From contig NMRA01000996.1 of the NCBI GenBank assembly GCA_002633005.1, positions 11,271 through 75,270 on the forward strand: DNA of 64,000 nucleotides, written 5' to 3'. The translations under genes and the position numbers were made by a program. A model generated the notes under the pieces. The model saw nothing but the letters and a program-made list of their open reading frames with translations. It was not told the DNA's origin and made no database searches. The first letter of the stretch is position 1; the number at the start of each line of letters is the position of its first letter. The DNA is from Phoronis australis (taxonomy: Eukaryota; Animalia; Phoronida). Shown in pieces: positions 12,101 to 23,216 of the stretch.

Positions 12101-15100
12101 GTGTATCTGATTTGGTTGGGTTTTGCAACGGCTAGTTTAAGTAGTACAGAGATTGTCTTTTCTGATTGAAAGGGTGGTCTAACTGGCATAAAATTCTATG
12201 AATGGATGTCTCCTTCATATGAATAGCTTACCATGACTAGCTGGCCTTTTTAGTGTCCTCTCTCTAAAAGGATGCGTGTCTTACTTTTCCAGCTTCAAAT
12301 AATTGGAGAGCACCCCCCCTCGGCCTTGCCAATAGGAGGTTCTGTGCCTTCTACAGTCTCCATTTGTTATCTCTCTACTTTACAATGTTCATGTCTCTGT
12401 GACATTACATGATGTTTTGTACCATTTGTTTAATACTTTCAGTTGGAGAAAGGTTATGAAGACGGTCTACAGATTGCTTTGAGAATATACGGCACAGAGA
12501 GTGACAAGGACCACATCAAAACGAAAACAATTGACGAAGTTCAACGCACTGTAATCATACTTCTTATGAGTTAGAAGCAATTTCATGCAGTTAACTATAT
12601 TTGATAGTCAGCACATTGCATGTTAAATTATATCGCAGAATTTATCACGAGATGGATGACACAGTAATTAGTGCTGCGCTCCATGTGCTGTCCGTAGGAT
12701 TGAGTCAAAAGATGATATGTTGCAAAATTAATTTGAAGCAGTCAAATCAAAAATTTAATAATGAATTTATTAAGTTTATGTGTAATTAAATTTTTTCATA
12801 TTATCATTATTGTTGTTCTTACGTGACATGTAATAAAAACTGTCATTAAGAATGGTTGGAAAGTTACAAAACCTTACAGCAAGTGTGTCCAGATAAAATT
12901 CTACATTGATTTAAGGATGACCAAGCAGTTCCAGCATTCACAAATGTCAACGTCTTCTCTTCCAGTTGAAATGCTGTGGTGTTCAGAACTACACTGACTG
13001 GTTTAGCACTCCTTGGGAGAAGGCACAGAAGGGCAAACATTCAGTTCCCACCTCTTGTTGTCAGAAACCAAAGTGTAAGACGATGGGCCTACCGGCGAAA
13101 TACCATAAGAGCTCAATCATTTACTCAGAGGTGATTACTTTGTACAGCGGCTAATATTGCGCTACACGCCTAAGATAATAGGACAACTTTTTTTCTTTCT
13201 CTGTCATTTTGGCTTATTCTGTTCATGGAGATAATGTTCTTGTTCTGGTGGTGATCTCTCTGTTGTACAAACTCTAAAGATTGTGAAAATTGGCTCCGGC
13301 ATTGTCGCATCATGAAAATGGCTATGCACCCAAGTTTCATATGGTTGCCATGTTGTCATAATCATTATGGCCGTATGGAGGAAGAACATCTTCGTAAATT
13401 TGTGCTGTCACTGAACAGGAAAACTGTGAAACAAAGTAAATCATTACCAGGAAATATTGATTTTGAATGAAAATAAAAATTGCTCCAACAATTTAAAATT
13501 AATTTGAAATTCTTTTGTTAGAATTGGATGAAGTGTTTTTTTTTCAGTGCATGTGCAGTTCAGTTGCTGAAATCTTGTGTTTTACAATTGTAGACTGGTT
13601 TTGAAATGTTTTGAACACAAATTTTACACATTTTTTAACCATTTCAACAAGCTTCTATTTTTAACTTTGACAAAAAGTAAGCGGTCTTCAATCACAGCTC
13701 ATCAGTGTTAATTATGAATTATGCCTCTTGACCTGTATTTCCCATGCGCCGATCACAAATGAATGCTGTATGTCAAGTGCTGCATGTAATGTACATTGTG
13801 TGCGTCTAGTGTGGTGTGCCTTAGTCTCCCTTACGTCGTTCTTTTTTTTGTCTTCTGCATTGACTTTTTCAGTTCTAGTGGAAGTCTCTCTCTTTTCACT
13901 GATGACACAAACTGTCCAAAAAGATGCATAGTGATCACTACTTGGTTTTCTGTGTATGATTGGGTAGTGCAGATGTTGTTTTGTGTTGTTTTTACAAATT
14001 GTCGTGACTTTTCAGTTTCACATTCTTACAAATTTCAGGGATGTCACAAACAGGTTGTTACCTTTTTGGAGAAAAACCTCGCTGCTATTGCCGGCGTTGT
14101 TATTGGAATTTCATTCTTGAACGTAAGTATAGCTAAATTTGACCAAGTTTGTTCAAGTTTTATGTGTTGAATCTCTATTTGAAAATTTTTTCCACGCTTG
14201 AATTTCCTTGTTCCCTCACTGAGCATTGCTCTGTTAGCTTGAAAATGAGTACTGGTGAACAGGAATTCATTCCCATATTACACCATCTCTCGTGGAGATG
14301 GGGGGGGGCATGTTTGGAAAGGTGACGGCTGGTGACAGAGCGTAGGGTTTGAAGTATGGTGACGTCATAAGTTGTTCAGTAACTGTTCTAAATACAAATG
14401 TTGAAAAACAAATTTTGTGCAGGAAATGTATGTTGTACGGCTCATTATTATTGTGCCTCATTACTGATATTGCTTGGCTATTTTGGAACGATTTCTGCCT
14501 TCACCGTCTCTGAATTTTGTCATTTCGTCAGCAATTGAGAAAATCAAGAAGCAGACGTTCTGTGTAATTAGTTGTGATGCTGTTATTAGTTGGTGGATAG
14601 GAGAAGGGTTAGACCTTAATGACGTGTGTTGAGAAAAGGGGAAAACACTTCTAAATTTTGGACGTCATGATACATGAACTGTCCGGGGGTAAATCAGGCT
14701 CGTCAAAAAATCTTGAAAAAGCGTGTTGGTCCTTCAAGTAAACAGGATTAAATCTAGTTTGCAGTGGTGAGTATTTGGTTGAAGCAATTAATAGTTTCTG
14801 TTGAGCCAATGTTTTTTCATGTGTAATCAGAAATGTTCAAGATTTAAAAGAACAGAAACAAAGCCAGGGTTCCACCCCAAACATGAACCGATACCATGTT
14901 TTTTGTTCCAAGTTCACAGTTTGGGCCTGTCCAAAATGTGGTGTTAACGAGGAGTTGTAGAAGTAGTGTAGTCTGCTTCCTTTATTCAAGGTCGAACGTT
15001 CAAGTCCCAGTTGGGCACCCGAGCCAGATTTTTGGCTCCTCAGCTCGGTTTTAACTATGTATTAATAAAATAATATATATTAATAAAGCTCGTAGAAGGT

Positions 15101-16096
15101 TCCTGGTGGTCAGTGTAATGAGCTCATATGAGCCGCTTGTGCACGTCTGATACAACGTGTACCTGTACATGTTGCTCTTACCATTGCACTTTTGGAAAAA
15201 AAACATAGCATAGCAGTGACGGAAATAAGTACAAGTATCAAAGTGCACTGCATGTACATGTACCTACTTGCCATTTAGAGGCTAAAACATATACATGTAG
15301 TAACTGTGATAGATGACTTCTTTTGTCAAGCAAGGTTCGAGGTATGAGATTATTTCAATAAAAGAGATTGCCAGAGCGAAGGTTTCAAAACATTATTACG
15401 AACGTCGGCAAAAATGCGTATTAATTACCAAAAATACTTAGCAGAAACGGAAAAAATATGCTTCAAATATTTTTGTTTTTAAGGAGTTTTGCAGATTATT
15501 GCTATTCTGAGCCTCGTATTTTCCATAACAGACTTTTTGATTCCATCCTTGCCTGGGCAATTTTTCTACTAAAATGTTTACCATGTTTTTACACTGTACT
15601 CCAAACAGATACTTTTCCCAAAACAAACAGCTGGTGACAATAAAGCAGGTTGTTTAGACGATGCTTTGGTGAAGTGGACCCCAATTTCGACAAAAGTTTT
15701 GAGAATGACACTGATGCTCCATATTTACATGTTCCTTTGACTGATGTTTTGAACAATCCATTCAAAGCAACGATAAAATTGTCCAACCTGGCCAGAGGTC
15801 AAGTTGCGTAGACTGAATAGGCGAGATTGTTGCGTGGTGCCAATTCCCTTGTTCAACATTGGCAAGATGCCACACTGTATTGTTGTCCATCTCATAACTT
15901 TTATGCAACTGGTGTTCTGGTGTAAGGCAAGTTATGAATTTCTGACAAATGGCTGTACGGCTGTTAACTTAGTGGTGCCAGCTTAGAACAGGGATATTTC
16001 ATGTCATTTATTGCTGTTTTTCAGCTGATTGGTGCGCTGTTTGCCTGCTTTGTTGCCAGAGGACTGAACAAAGCAAACTATGAGAACATAGCCTAG
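5925..16096 (+). CDS. TSPAN7: Tetraspanin, TSPAN6/7-like; spliced gene, 5'-partial (exons 5925-6113, 10140-10214, 12443-12550, 12966-13130, 14039-14122, 16025-16096)
   Basis: Six phase-0 AG/GT-bounded exons join in frame. They encode TM segments, the large extracellular loop with CCG, PxSCC and GC motifs, and a C-terminal YENI (YxxPhi) sorting motif before TAG. The APFVLIG and YALFL segments resemble TSPAN7 from memory; orthology not tested. Confidence 0.9.
8522..9036 (+). mobile_element. TTAA-flanked (Kolobok/piggyBac-type) non-autonomous element; diverged copies at ~7710-8150 (inverted), ~53870-54299 and ~56397-56860
   Basis: Shared blocks (gaacatttatatcaaa, ccgttg.tttg, gtcacatg, aaatcgaattatacag); termini ttaa|ggtt...aacc|ttaa in some copies. 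Confidence 0.6.
10140..10214 (+). CDS. Tetraspanin exon (TM3)
   Basis: ttttttcag|TATGCT...CAGAAG|gtgggt; 75 nt; YALFLMIIFIADLAAGIAGFVYRQK. Confidence 0.92.
12443..12550 (+). CDS. Tetraspanin exon (start of large extracellular loop)
   Basis: actttcag|TTGGAG...CGCACT|gtaatc; 108 nt; LEKGYEDGLQIALRIYG...TIDEVQRT. Confidence 0.88.
12966..13130 (+). CDS. Tetraspanin exon (CCG and PxSCC motifs)
   Basis: cttccag|TTGAAATGCTGTGGT...TCAGAG|gtgatt; 165 nt; LKCCGVQNYTDW...VPTSCC...IIYSE. Confidence 0.93.
14039..14122 (+). CDS. Tetraspanin exon (GC motif, TM4)
   Basis: atttcag|GGATGT...TTGAAC|gtaagt; 84 nt; GCHKQVVTFLEKNLAAIAGVVIGISFLN. Confidence 0.92.
14950..15165 (+). mobile_element. tRNA-derived SINE-like repeat (copy related to 51140-51335)
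   Basis: See the 51140 copy; B-box-like GTTCAAGTCCC near 14998-15008. Confidence 0.55.
16025..16096 (+). CDS. Tetraspanin last coding exon
   Basis: ttttcag|CTGATT...GCCTAG; LIGALFACFVARGLNKANYENIA*. Confidence 0.9.
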   Translation: MIGALFACFVARGLNKANYENIA

Positions 16097-17364
16097 GCAG
16101 TTGACAGGCAGGAACCTGAAGAATTTGTTGCAGCAGCTAAATCACTCTTTTATCACTGGACATGAGATACATTTGATTTCAGAGCCTATTAAGTTAAGGC
16201 TGTAGGTTTAGGCTCAAGTCAAATTAATTGGGTGTGATCGACCTTGACATACCATACTTGTTTCTGCACAATGAAAAAATTGCTAACCTTAACTGTCCGT
16301 TAGATATGTGCTAAATGTTTAAGTTGGCTATAAACCTGTGTTCCGTCACAAAAGCTGAAACTTTTGATCAGGTTTCATTAGTTTTGTCCTTTACAATGAA
16401 CAAACATATGTTTGAAGATCCAGACTGAACACTTCAATTTTGAGTCTGTTCGCTCCACTGTTGCCTATGTCTACAATCTGACGGTTGCTCAGTTGAAGGC
16501 GACAAATTCAAGATGCTAAGTACTACACAATGCATCTTTTCAAATTCACAACACTACATCTTTGCCATTACCTGGAAGAGATGCTTTGCAGACTTCTTGT
16601 GAAGAAGTTGAGATCCTTTTCAGAGTGACAAGTGACTATTAAATACTAAATTAGACTGGGTGTCGTACTGCAGGATCATAGCCAGTTTATTTTTGTATGT
16701 TTTGAGTATGAAATCTGTCTCATTTTTTCCGTCTATCTTTCAAAACAAACTGGACAAACGTCCTCAGAGGTCTGTCAGACTTTGTCAATCTTCGACAAAG
16801 ATTTTGCCAGACTATTGGGCGTTTTAAGTTGAACGATAAAACATCATTTTTGATAAATTGTAACCAGACCAACAGGTGGCGTTATTGCTCCTACTAGCTA
16901 GTTGTTTAATAGAGAATGTACTCCCCAGGTAAGTCGTTGCAATTTTGAGAAAGTGTGTGGAGCACCGCCTGTTGAGATTTTGCTAAGTCAGAATTGAAAT
17001 GGCTTCCATTCAGAACAAATGAATATTACTTGGTTACTATCATCAAATGTTCAGTTTATTTTGAAAGCTTCTGTGTCTACTCTCTGAGATTTTCAGAGAT
17101 ATTTTGATCCAGACGTTTAGTTTTTATTGCTATTTTACGTATAAGTATTTATATTAATCTATACTCTTATAATTTCCCAGTGACAATACACATGCCAGGT
17201 TGGGTTGTGGTGATATACAGAGCTATGAATTGGTTGAATGTATTATTTTTGAAAATTAAATTATAGTGCCATCGAAAGGACCAAGTGTCTTGAAGAAAAA
17301 TGTTTTTGATATCAGATAATTTGGTAATCAACTTAAATATGCCTCTTAATCATTGTAGTTGAAA

Positions 17365-17710
17365 TCAAACTCAAAATTATTTTGGCATTTTCTATTGTGC
17401 TGCTGTGTGAACTCAAGTGTTTATTATTCTATACTTGGGTACATAATGGCCTACAGGGATTACTGTCTAGTGCTTGCTGACCCCAGCATTCAGGGTAAAA
17501 GATCAAGTTTGAACTTCTGAGTCTTTATGTCAGTTTGTAACTCGAATGTCAAGGTCATCATGTGAGAGCTTTGACTATAAACTCGGGCATAAAGCACAGA
17601 GTACCTGAACACAGACTAATAGCCACTTATCTTGGGCTCCAATCGCAAGAGTAGAGCAAAATGACAAAATTAAATTCGAACTCGATTCCGAGTGCAAGGG
17701 TTAGACCCCT
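17365..17710. mobile_element. Decayed copy of the same palindromic MITE, inside the putative tetraspanin 3' UTR
   Basis: aactcaaaattattttggcattttctatt... matches 46766-46795; right arm gaactcgattccgagtgcaagggttagac. Confidence 0.65.
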
Positions 17711-18346
17711 TGTTGTAGGTATTGTTTACTAGTCTGGAGTGAAAATGTTCATGAGATCATTGAAGTTGTGTACAGTTGCTTCACTTGGTTACAGAAGGCA
17801 GTCTTTTTGACTTGTCAGTAGGTGGTGACGGTCTGCCTGAGGGTGTCACGAGTGAGCAGTTGTGAAGGAAAATTTTAAGGTTGTTCAGGACCCTAGAAAA
17901 AGTCCAGATTTGGCACAACTTCGGAAAAATCGTATTTCAAAAAGAGCTGATCAGATTCATTGGGTACTTTCAAATGCCATGCCTTACTTATGCCGTGTCC
18001 TCCAAAACGCTTTCACGAAATGCAGTTGAAGTGTTCCAGCTTCATGGGAGTGGTTGTCAAAAAGACCTCCATAACTTTCATTCACTTTTTTGCTCTTTCC
18101 ATTTTGCTTACTATTATTTTTGATTATACCGCCGTCGGAATGTAATCACAATTGCCTTTCCTTTTGTTAATTGTTATCATTCTTGGAAAATGTCAAACCT
18201 GCAGTCATGTAGTCGCATATCAACGTGCTATATATGTTTATGAGGTGTTTAATTTATTGTTTACAAAAACTGTTATGTCTTTATGGAAATTATTTATCCC
18301 AAAAGCTTACTAGTGTACATGTACTTAATGTTTACGTAACATCTGG

Positions 18347-18352
18347 AATAAA
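18347..18352 (+). terminator. Candidate polyadenylation signal of the tetraspanin (would give a ~2.25 kb 3' UTR)
   Basis: AATAAA followed about 20 nt later by a GT/T-rich tract (gtgtatgtttttattctgtg). Confidence 0.45.
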
Positions 18353-18987
18353 GTACTATTGGATCACCTAAGTGTATGTTTTTATTCTGTGCTGGGGATG
18401 TCTTCATATGCGTTGTTGCCATGGACCTATAAAAAGTGCTGGGCTCTGGAGACAGCAACATTACAGAAAAATGTTTGGTTTTAACTCCATGCCGGCGACA
18501 GCGATTTTTAAATCGAAGCTGGCCTAGCTATCTGTGTGGTTATTGCCGTTGTTCCCATGCTCATTCGTGGGCATCACGACTCGCAACACTGACAGGCCGC
18601 GGGCTCAAATATGATTACTAAAGCTATATGTACATGTATGAACGGGTCCAAGTGTACATGTAGGTGAGCGTTTCAGTCCCCCTATGTGATGTGCAGACAA
18701 CTTGTTCAGGATGATAAGTACGTTGCACTGCCCGTTCACTAGGTAACCTCGTCGCGCAGTGTAACCCATCGGGTTGAAATCTTAGGAGTTTACGTCATGA
18801 CCGTGCTGTGTCTCAAAAAGAATTTCATTGATAGGCCTACATCTTCAGAGATTTGATAGCCTTTAGTATACCTGTTGCTAAGAAACGAGCCAAAAATTTT
18901 AAGATATTTTTCTATTATTGGGGTTGTACGTGATGTGTTTAGACGGTGCTAATTCTATGTACTGCCAACAGTGAATACGAATGACCC

Positions 18988-19277
18988 AGGCTAACGTAGC
19001 CTTCGTCAGTGATTATTAAGTGCCTATTTTGTGAATATTGACCACCCTTTGGTTCAGTTGGTTGTGGCTCACATACATGTCTGCGGCATTTCGGAGTCTC
19101 GTGCAAGTGGGTCTGAGTTCATACGGCCTCAAAGCCGACGAAGGTTCACAAAGTGGGAAGTGCAATTTATTGTCTTATTCTTCAAGTACTTGAGTGTGGT
19201 GCCCGTGTCCACTGTCTTCTCTGTCTGTATTATAACTGTCCAGTTCTCGCTCAAAACCGACCTCGTCTCCTAATCAG
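18988..19277 (-). mobile_element. Highly decayed Penelope-like 3' end with partial hammerhead core
   Basis: Minus strand gives fragments EH..LG.EVGFE, DRED and YELRP; these are followed by CTGACGA and the hairpin ggcta-cgt-tagcc, but the GAAA is missing. Confidence 0.4.
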
Positions 19278-20600
19278 CTGTGTTCCGTCAAGTGACCTAA
19301 AGCATTTTCACGAAAGACGTCGCTCTACTCGGTTGGCGACTAGTCTTATAATACACGCAGTGTTGGCTAACGTAGTAAATGACATAAAGTCTTCCACCCA
19401 TCTCATCATTTGGCGGGAAACATGGAAACAACATTTTTCGTCAAATTTAAGAATTCGCAATTATTTGCCATAAATAGTGCTTATTTAGTTAAATTTTACG
19501 ACATTCATTTCACATGAACTTACTGAAGTCTCAAAAACTAGGAAATGCATGGTGTAAAGAACTTGAAATCAAGGTAGGCCTACTCTCAATAAAACTATAT
19601 TGTGAGCCGGTGGGGCCTAGTTGTTATGGTGCTTCATTTTGTCTTCGCCAAGCCTTGAGATCTGTACCGTTTGCATTCGCAGTGTACGTGTAGCTTTACA
19701 TTTGCAAACATCCAACTGTTGAACTCATGGATGATTTATTTTAGGCCTATGTGGATCCTCAGTGCCAATCGGACCCGACCGCCACCACAAGTTGTAATCT
19801 GAAGGGTTTCATTTGTACGGTCATTTCCTCTTCAGGCGAACATTTTGCCCATAAATATTCATCAGTTACAAAAAGCCCACATCTAAAACTTGCAAATATA
19901 CTGCTCTCTGCTCTCAGTCAGCGGTTAGAGTACATATGTTACCCGTAAGTCTTTGTGCTGGAAGGAAAATAAGTTATGAATGATAACTTTAATGAGAAAG
20001 GGAGTAATTAGCGTGCAAATAACAGGAGTAAATATTTTTCATTACAAAATGTCATTGTTTGCCTTGTGTGCATGTTTACCGATTTTTAAAATTTACTGTC
20101 GTACATGTACGTCATTTTGAGCAGGTATTTGTCCAAATATATACAGTTTCTGAGTTTGAGTTTGAGTTTCTCGCCGTTTGTGGACACGGGCGTCTGTTGG
20201 AACAATTAGATCAATTGTGATTTCAGGCGTTATGTGGTGCTATGCGCAGTCGAGAGCCATGGGCACCTGTCAATAATTGCGACCTCTCTGAGGGGTGAAT
20301 CAAATTTATTTAAACGTAGTCTCGTTCCCGGACGTTCTACGAAGGGCCATGTTGTTACCTATACGATAACGTGTTCCACTAGTTTTGAGGTGATACATAT
20401 CAGAAATACCGGTCTAATTTGAGCAAGTGTTCCGTTACCTTTTTGAGCCGGTGAATAAATTTCATCTGACGAGACATTGGGATCTTTAAATTGCAACGAT
20501 GTTCTTAAATTTAAGTAGATGAGCAGAAGTTCATAAGGGTACTAAATGTAGATGTCCTAAGTTAAAGTCAGCCAGTGAGCAGAACACTGGGGTCTGATGA

Positions 20601-20636
20601 CTTGTACCAGGAAGAGATATCTCTTCCTGCTTGTAC
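20601..20636. mobile_element. 22-bp perfect palindrome flanked by 7-bp direct repeats
   Basis: cttgtac|caggaagagat-atctcttcctg|cttgtac. Confidence 0.6.
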
Positions 20637-21249
20637 GGATAAATAAAAAACAATATGAAGGCTATATACTGTGGACGGAATTGATCTCCTTGGCGCCATT
20701 TTTGTGGCGCTTTATTTCTATTTTATCTTACTTTGAATTTTATCATTTTTGACTAGCCGAACAGCGTCCAATATCTTCTTTATGGTGTCATGCCCTTATA
20801 ATATCAATAAACTAGCGCCCTCCTCAGTTCTGTCGAAAATATTAAATTAGATTTAAAATATCTTAAGACCAGGCCCAAATGACTTACTTAAAATGACGCC
20901 AACATAACTTCTCACAAGGACTTCGTTTTCAAAAGCCATATATTTACAAAAATACTAGTTTTAATCCACAATATATCAAGTTATTTTACCTGTGCCGACC
21001 CAAGTTCAACAGAAACCCCACTCATTTCACACAATGGGACCTCAGATCAAAGATAAATAACCCTCTTGACGACAGAGGGAATTCTACACTACATGACGGC
21101 CGTGGACCGTGCATCACGTGGATTTGTCAGTTGCACTGACTACTACATCTGCTAAAGAACTGGCGAGGTCTGGATACCGCAATCACTATTATGTGCAACA
21201 CTAAGCCTGAGGCATCTGTACTTACTTTCGATCAGTGATAACCATTCAA

Positions 21250-21985
21250 ACTGTGTTTAGAAAATTACAAGGGACAATGTTAAAGTTTGTAATTTGCTGT
21301 TATTATTTATAATAGGAAGTCTTCCAACTTGGTCATGAAAAATAACATTTCTAAAGCGAAAGTCCGCCCCGTTGCACAGTGTAGTGTTGTGAGTTTGTAT
21401 GCCCTATGAACGAATGTCTTCGTTCAAACGTCAAACAATGTTACATTGGTCAAACGGTTTGCAGTCTTTCCCGTCGGTTATCCATGCATCTTCAAAATGG
21501 CGCCATTCAAGATCATTTTCTGCAATGCCACGCACGTAAAATCACCCGTCAAGAAATTGTGGAAAACACGTCAATTTGCTACGTGGAGCAAGATGTGCTG
21601 CGTTTGAAAGTATTAGAGTCCCTTTTAATTGCTTTTGAGAAGCCTGTTTTGAATGAGCAGCAAACAGGGTCGCGCCGCACGTTACACTTGTTTGCGTGAC
21701 TTTCCTGTTACCCCAATTCATTAGTCATTCTTTGCAGTATTTCACACTCGCCGTGTCTCACTGTTTGTGTCGTCAGCTTATACTCTGTGGTGGCATTACT
21801 GCGTCATTTTATCTTCACTTAAGAATGAAACAAGTATGTTTCGAAATATCGTGTGTCTTTTAAGTATGTCGCTAGGTCAGTTGCTGTATCTATGTTCAGT
21901 TGAGAGTAGAGTTTTGGTCCGAAAGTACGAACGTAACGGAATAAAAACTGTGAACAATGAAAAGCGTCGTGCATTTAACAAATTC
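21250..21985 (+). mobile_element. Penelope-like retroelement remnant (GIY-YIG endonuclease, pseudo-LTR, start of the next ORF)
   Basis: Frameshifted NRKSSNLVMKNN...VV/EFVCP..C...YIGQT...LSRRLSMH...ESLLIAFEKPVLNEQ (ORF 21406-21699); then MSLGQLL...LVRKYER...FNK from 21866. Confidence 0.88.
21816..21853 (+). ncRNA. Minimal hammerhead-ribozyme-like motif in the Penelope pseudo-LTR (variant or degenerate core)
   Basis: cac-TTAAGAAT-[gaaac aagtat gtttc]-GAAA-tatc-gtg: stem I, stem II and GAAA at the position expected in Penelope-like elements. Confidence 0.5.
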
Positions 21986-22950
21986 AAGAAAGCTACCAAT
22001 ATACATAGGCTTTTAATTTAGTTACGTGTTGTCCGGAATATGTATAAATATTGAGAGCATTTTGTTCACGTATTAATTAGATTTTCAATTATATGTTTTG
22101 GTGAAGGTCTACGAATAGACGCTGATGTAACTTGAAGCAATTGCTGCAAGTTTCGTGAATTGAGAGAAATCCTCGATATTCAATGATCTTAATGTCATTA
22201 AGATTTCTAGAAAGACTTGTTGGAGCTCATAAATTTCGGGAGACTGGTAAAACTTGATAACGTCAGAGCTTATCTGTACGTTTCTCGGCATCAAAAAGGC
22301 ATACCTAGCAGTGTCTAACTCTTAGAACGTATTTTCCACCCTGTGCCCCTTTCACTTGATATCTACAAATCATGATCTTTAATTTTTTTTCTCCTTATTC
22401 TACGTTCCTTTTCATCTTCTCAAGAGCAGGATAATTTTCCTGAACCCCACTACATTGTTTTATTGCGCAACCGTTTTCATCACCTGTACATTATTGGCAA
22501 CGCATGAAAATTAAAGGATTTTTTAATAATAGCCTTTCTGTAAATAAATATCTCCAGACTTGGGCTACAGGTAGAAACCTTATTGAACACTATTACGTAA
22601 ATTATGCGTATAAAAATGGTCACTTCGTTGTAGTTGCTACGCTTGTTATCGAAATTTCAGGCTTCGTCCACGTTTAGGGCTTTTAAATCACGAGTCTTGA
22701 TAAAATAATCGAGAGTATTCATTATGTACGTAAAATATAACATGTATTTATCTTAAAGCAATGTCATGTCGAAAACTAGAATTTATTCTAGCGTAACGTT
22801 ATTGTTCATCGAATGCTATAAAAAGGTCCTACGATTTCCACAGTGCGACACATGGGAATTCTTGTGACACGGAACTTGTTCGAAAATCCTTTGTTACTTT
22901 TGGCACTGGGGATTACAAATGGTGTTTGTAGAGCATTGCCGCTGTCTCCT

Positions 22951-23216
22951 TCACACCCTTTTTACGTATTGTTTATTTGCTGCATCCCAGCTTGATATTT
23001 TATCCGTTGCACGTTCTTTTGATTTTGCTGCTCCAAGATCGTAGCTTCTTAAGTAGCTGCACTGTGCAAGTGCCTCTATTGAGTTTGGATCTGATGGCAA
23101 TTGCTCCCGCCGAAACGAGCTGAGATCGAATATCGAAAGGCGAGGTACCTCCCTTGGCTTGACTGGTGGAGGTGTCTCAGGTTTAGGAGGGATGTATATT
23201 TCCGCTTTCTTGTCTT
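22951..23216 (-). CDS. Last coding exon of the uncharacterised gene (PPKPETPPP, CSYLR)
   Basis: Pyrimidine-rich acceptor tttctacatttcag; phase matches the upstream exon; stop TGA at 22953-22951. Confidence 0.75.

Noticed and set aside
20594-20645. CTGATGA plus stem as a hammerhead ribozyme
   Set aside because: No GAAA or stem III follows; the stem is better explained by the palindrome with TSD.
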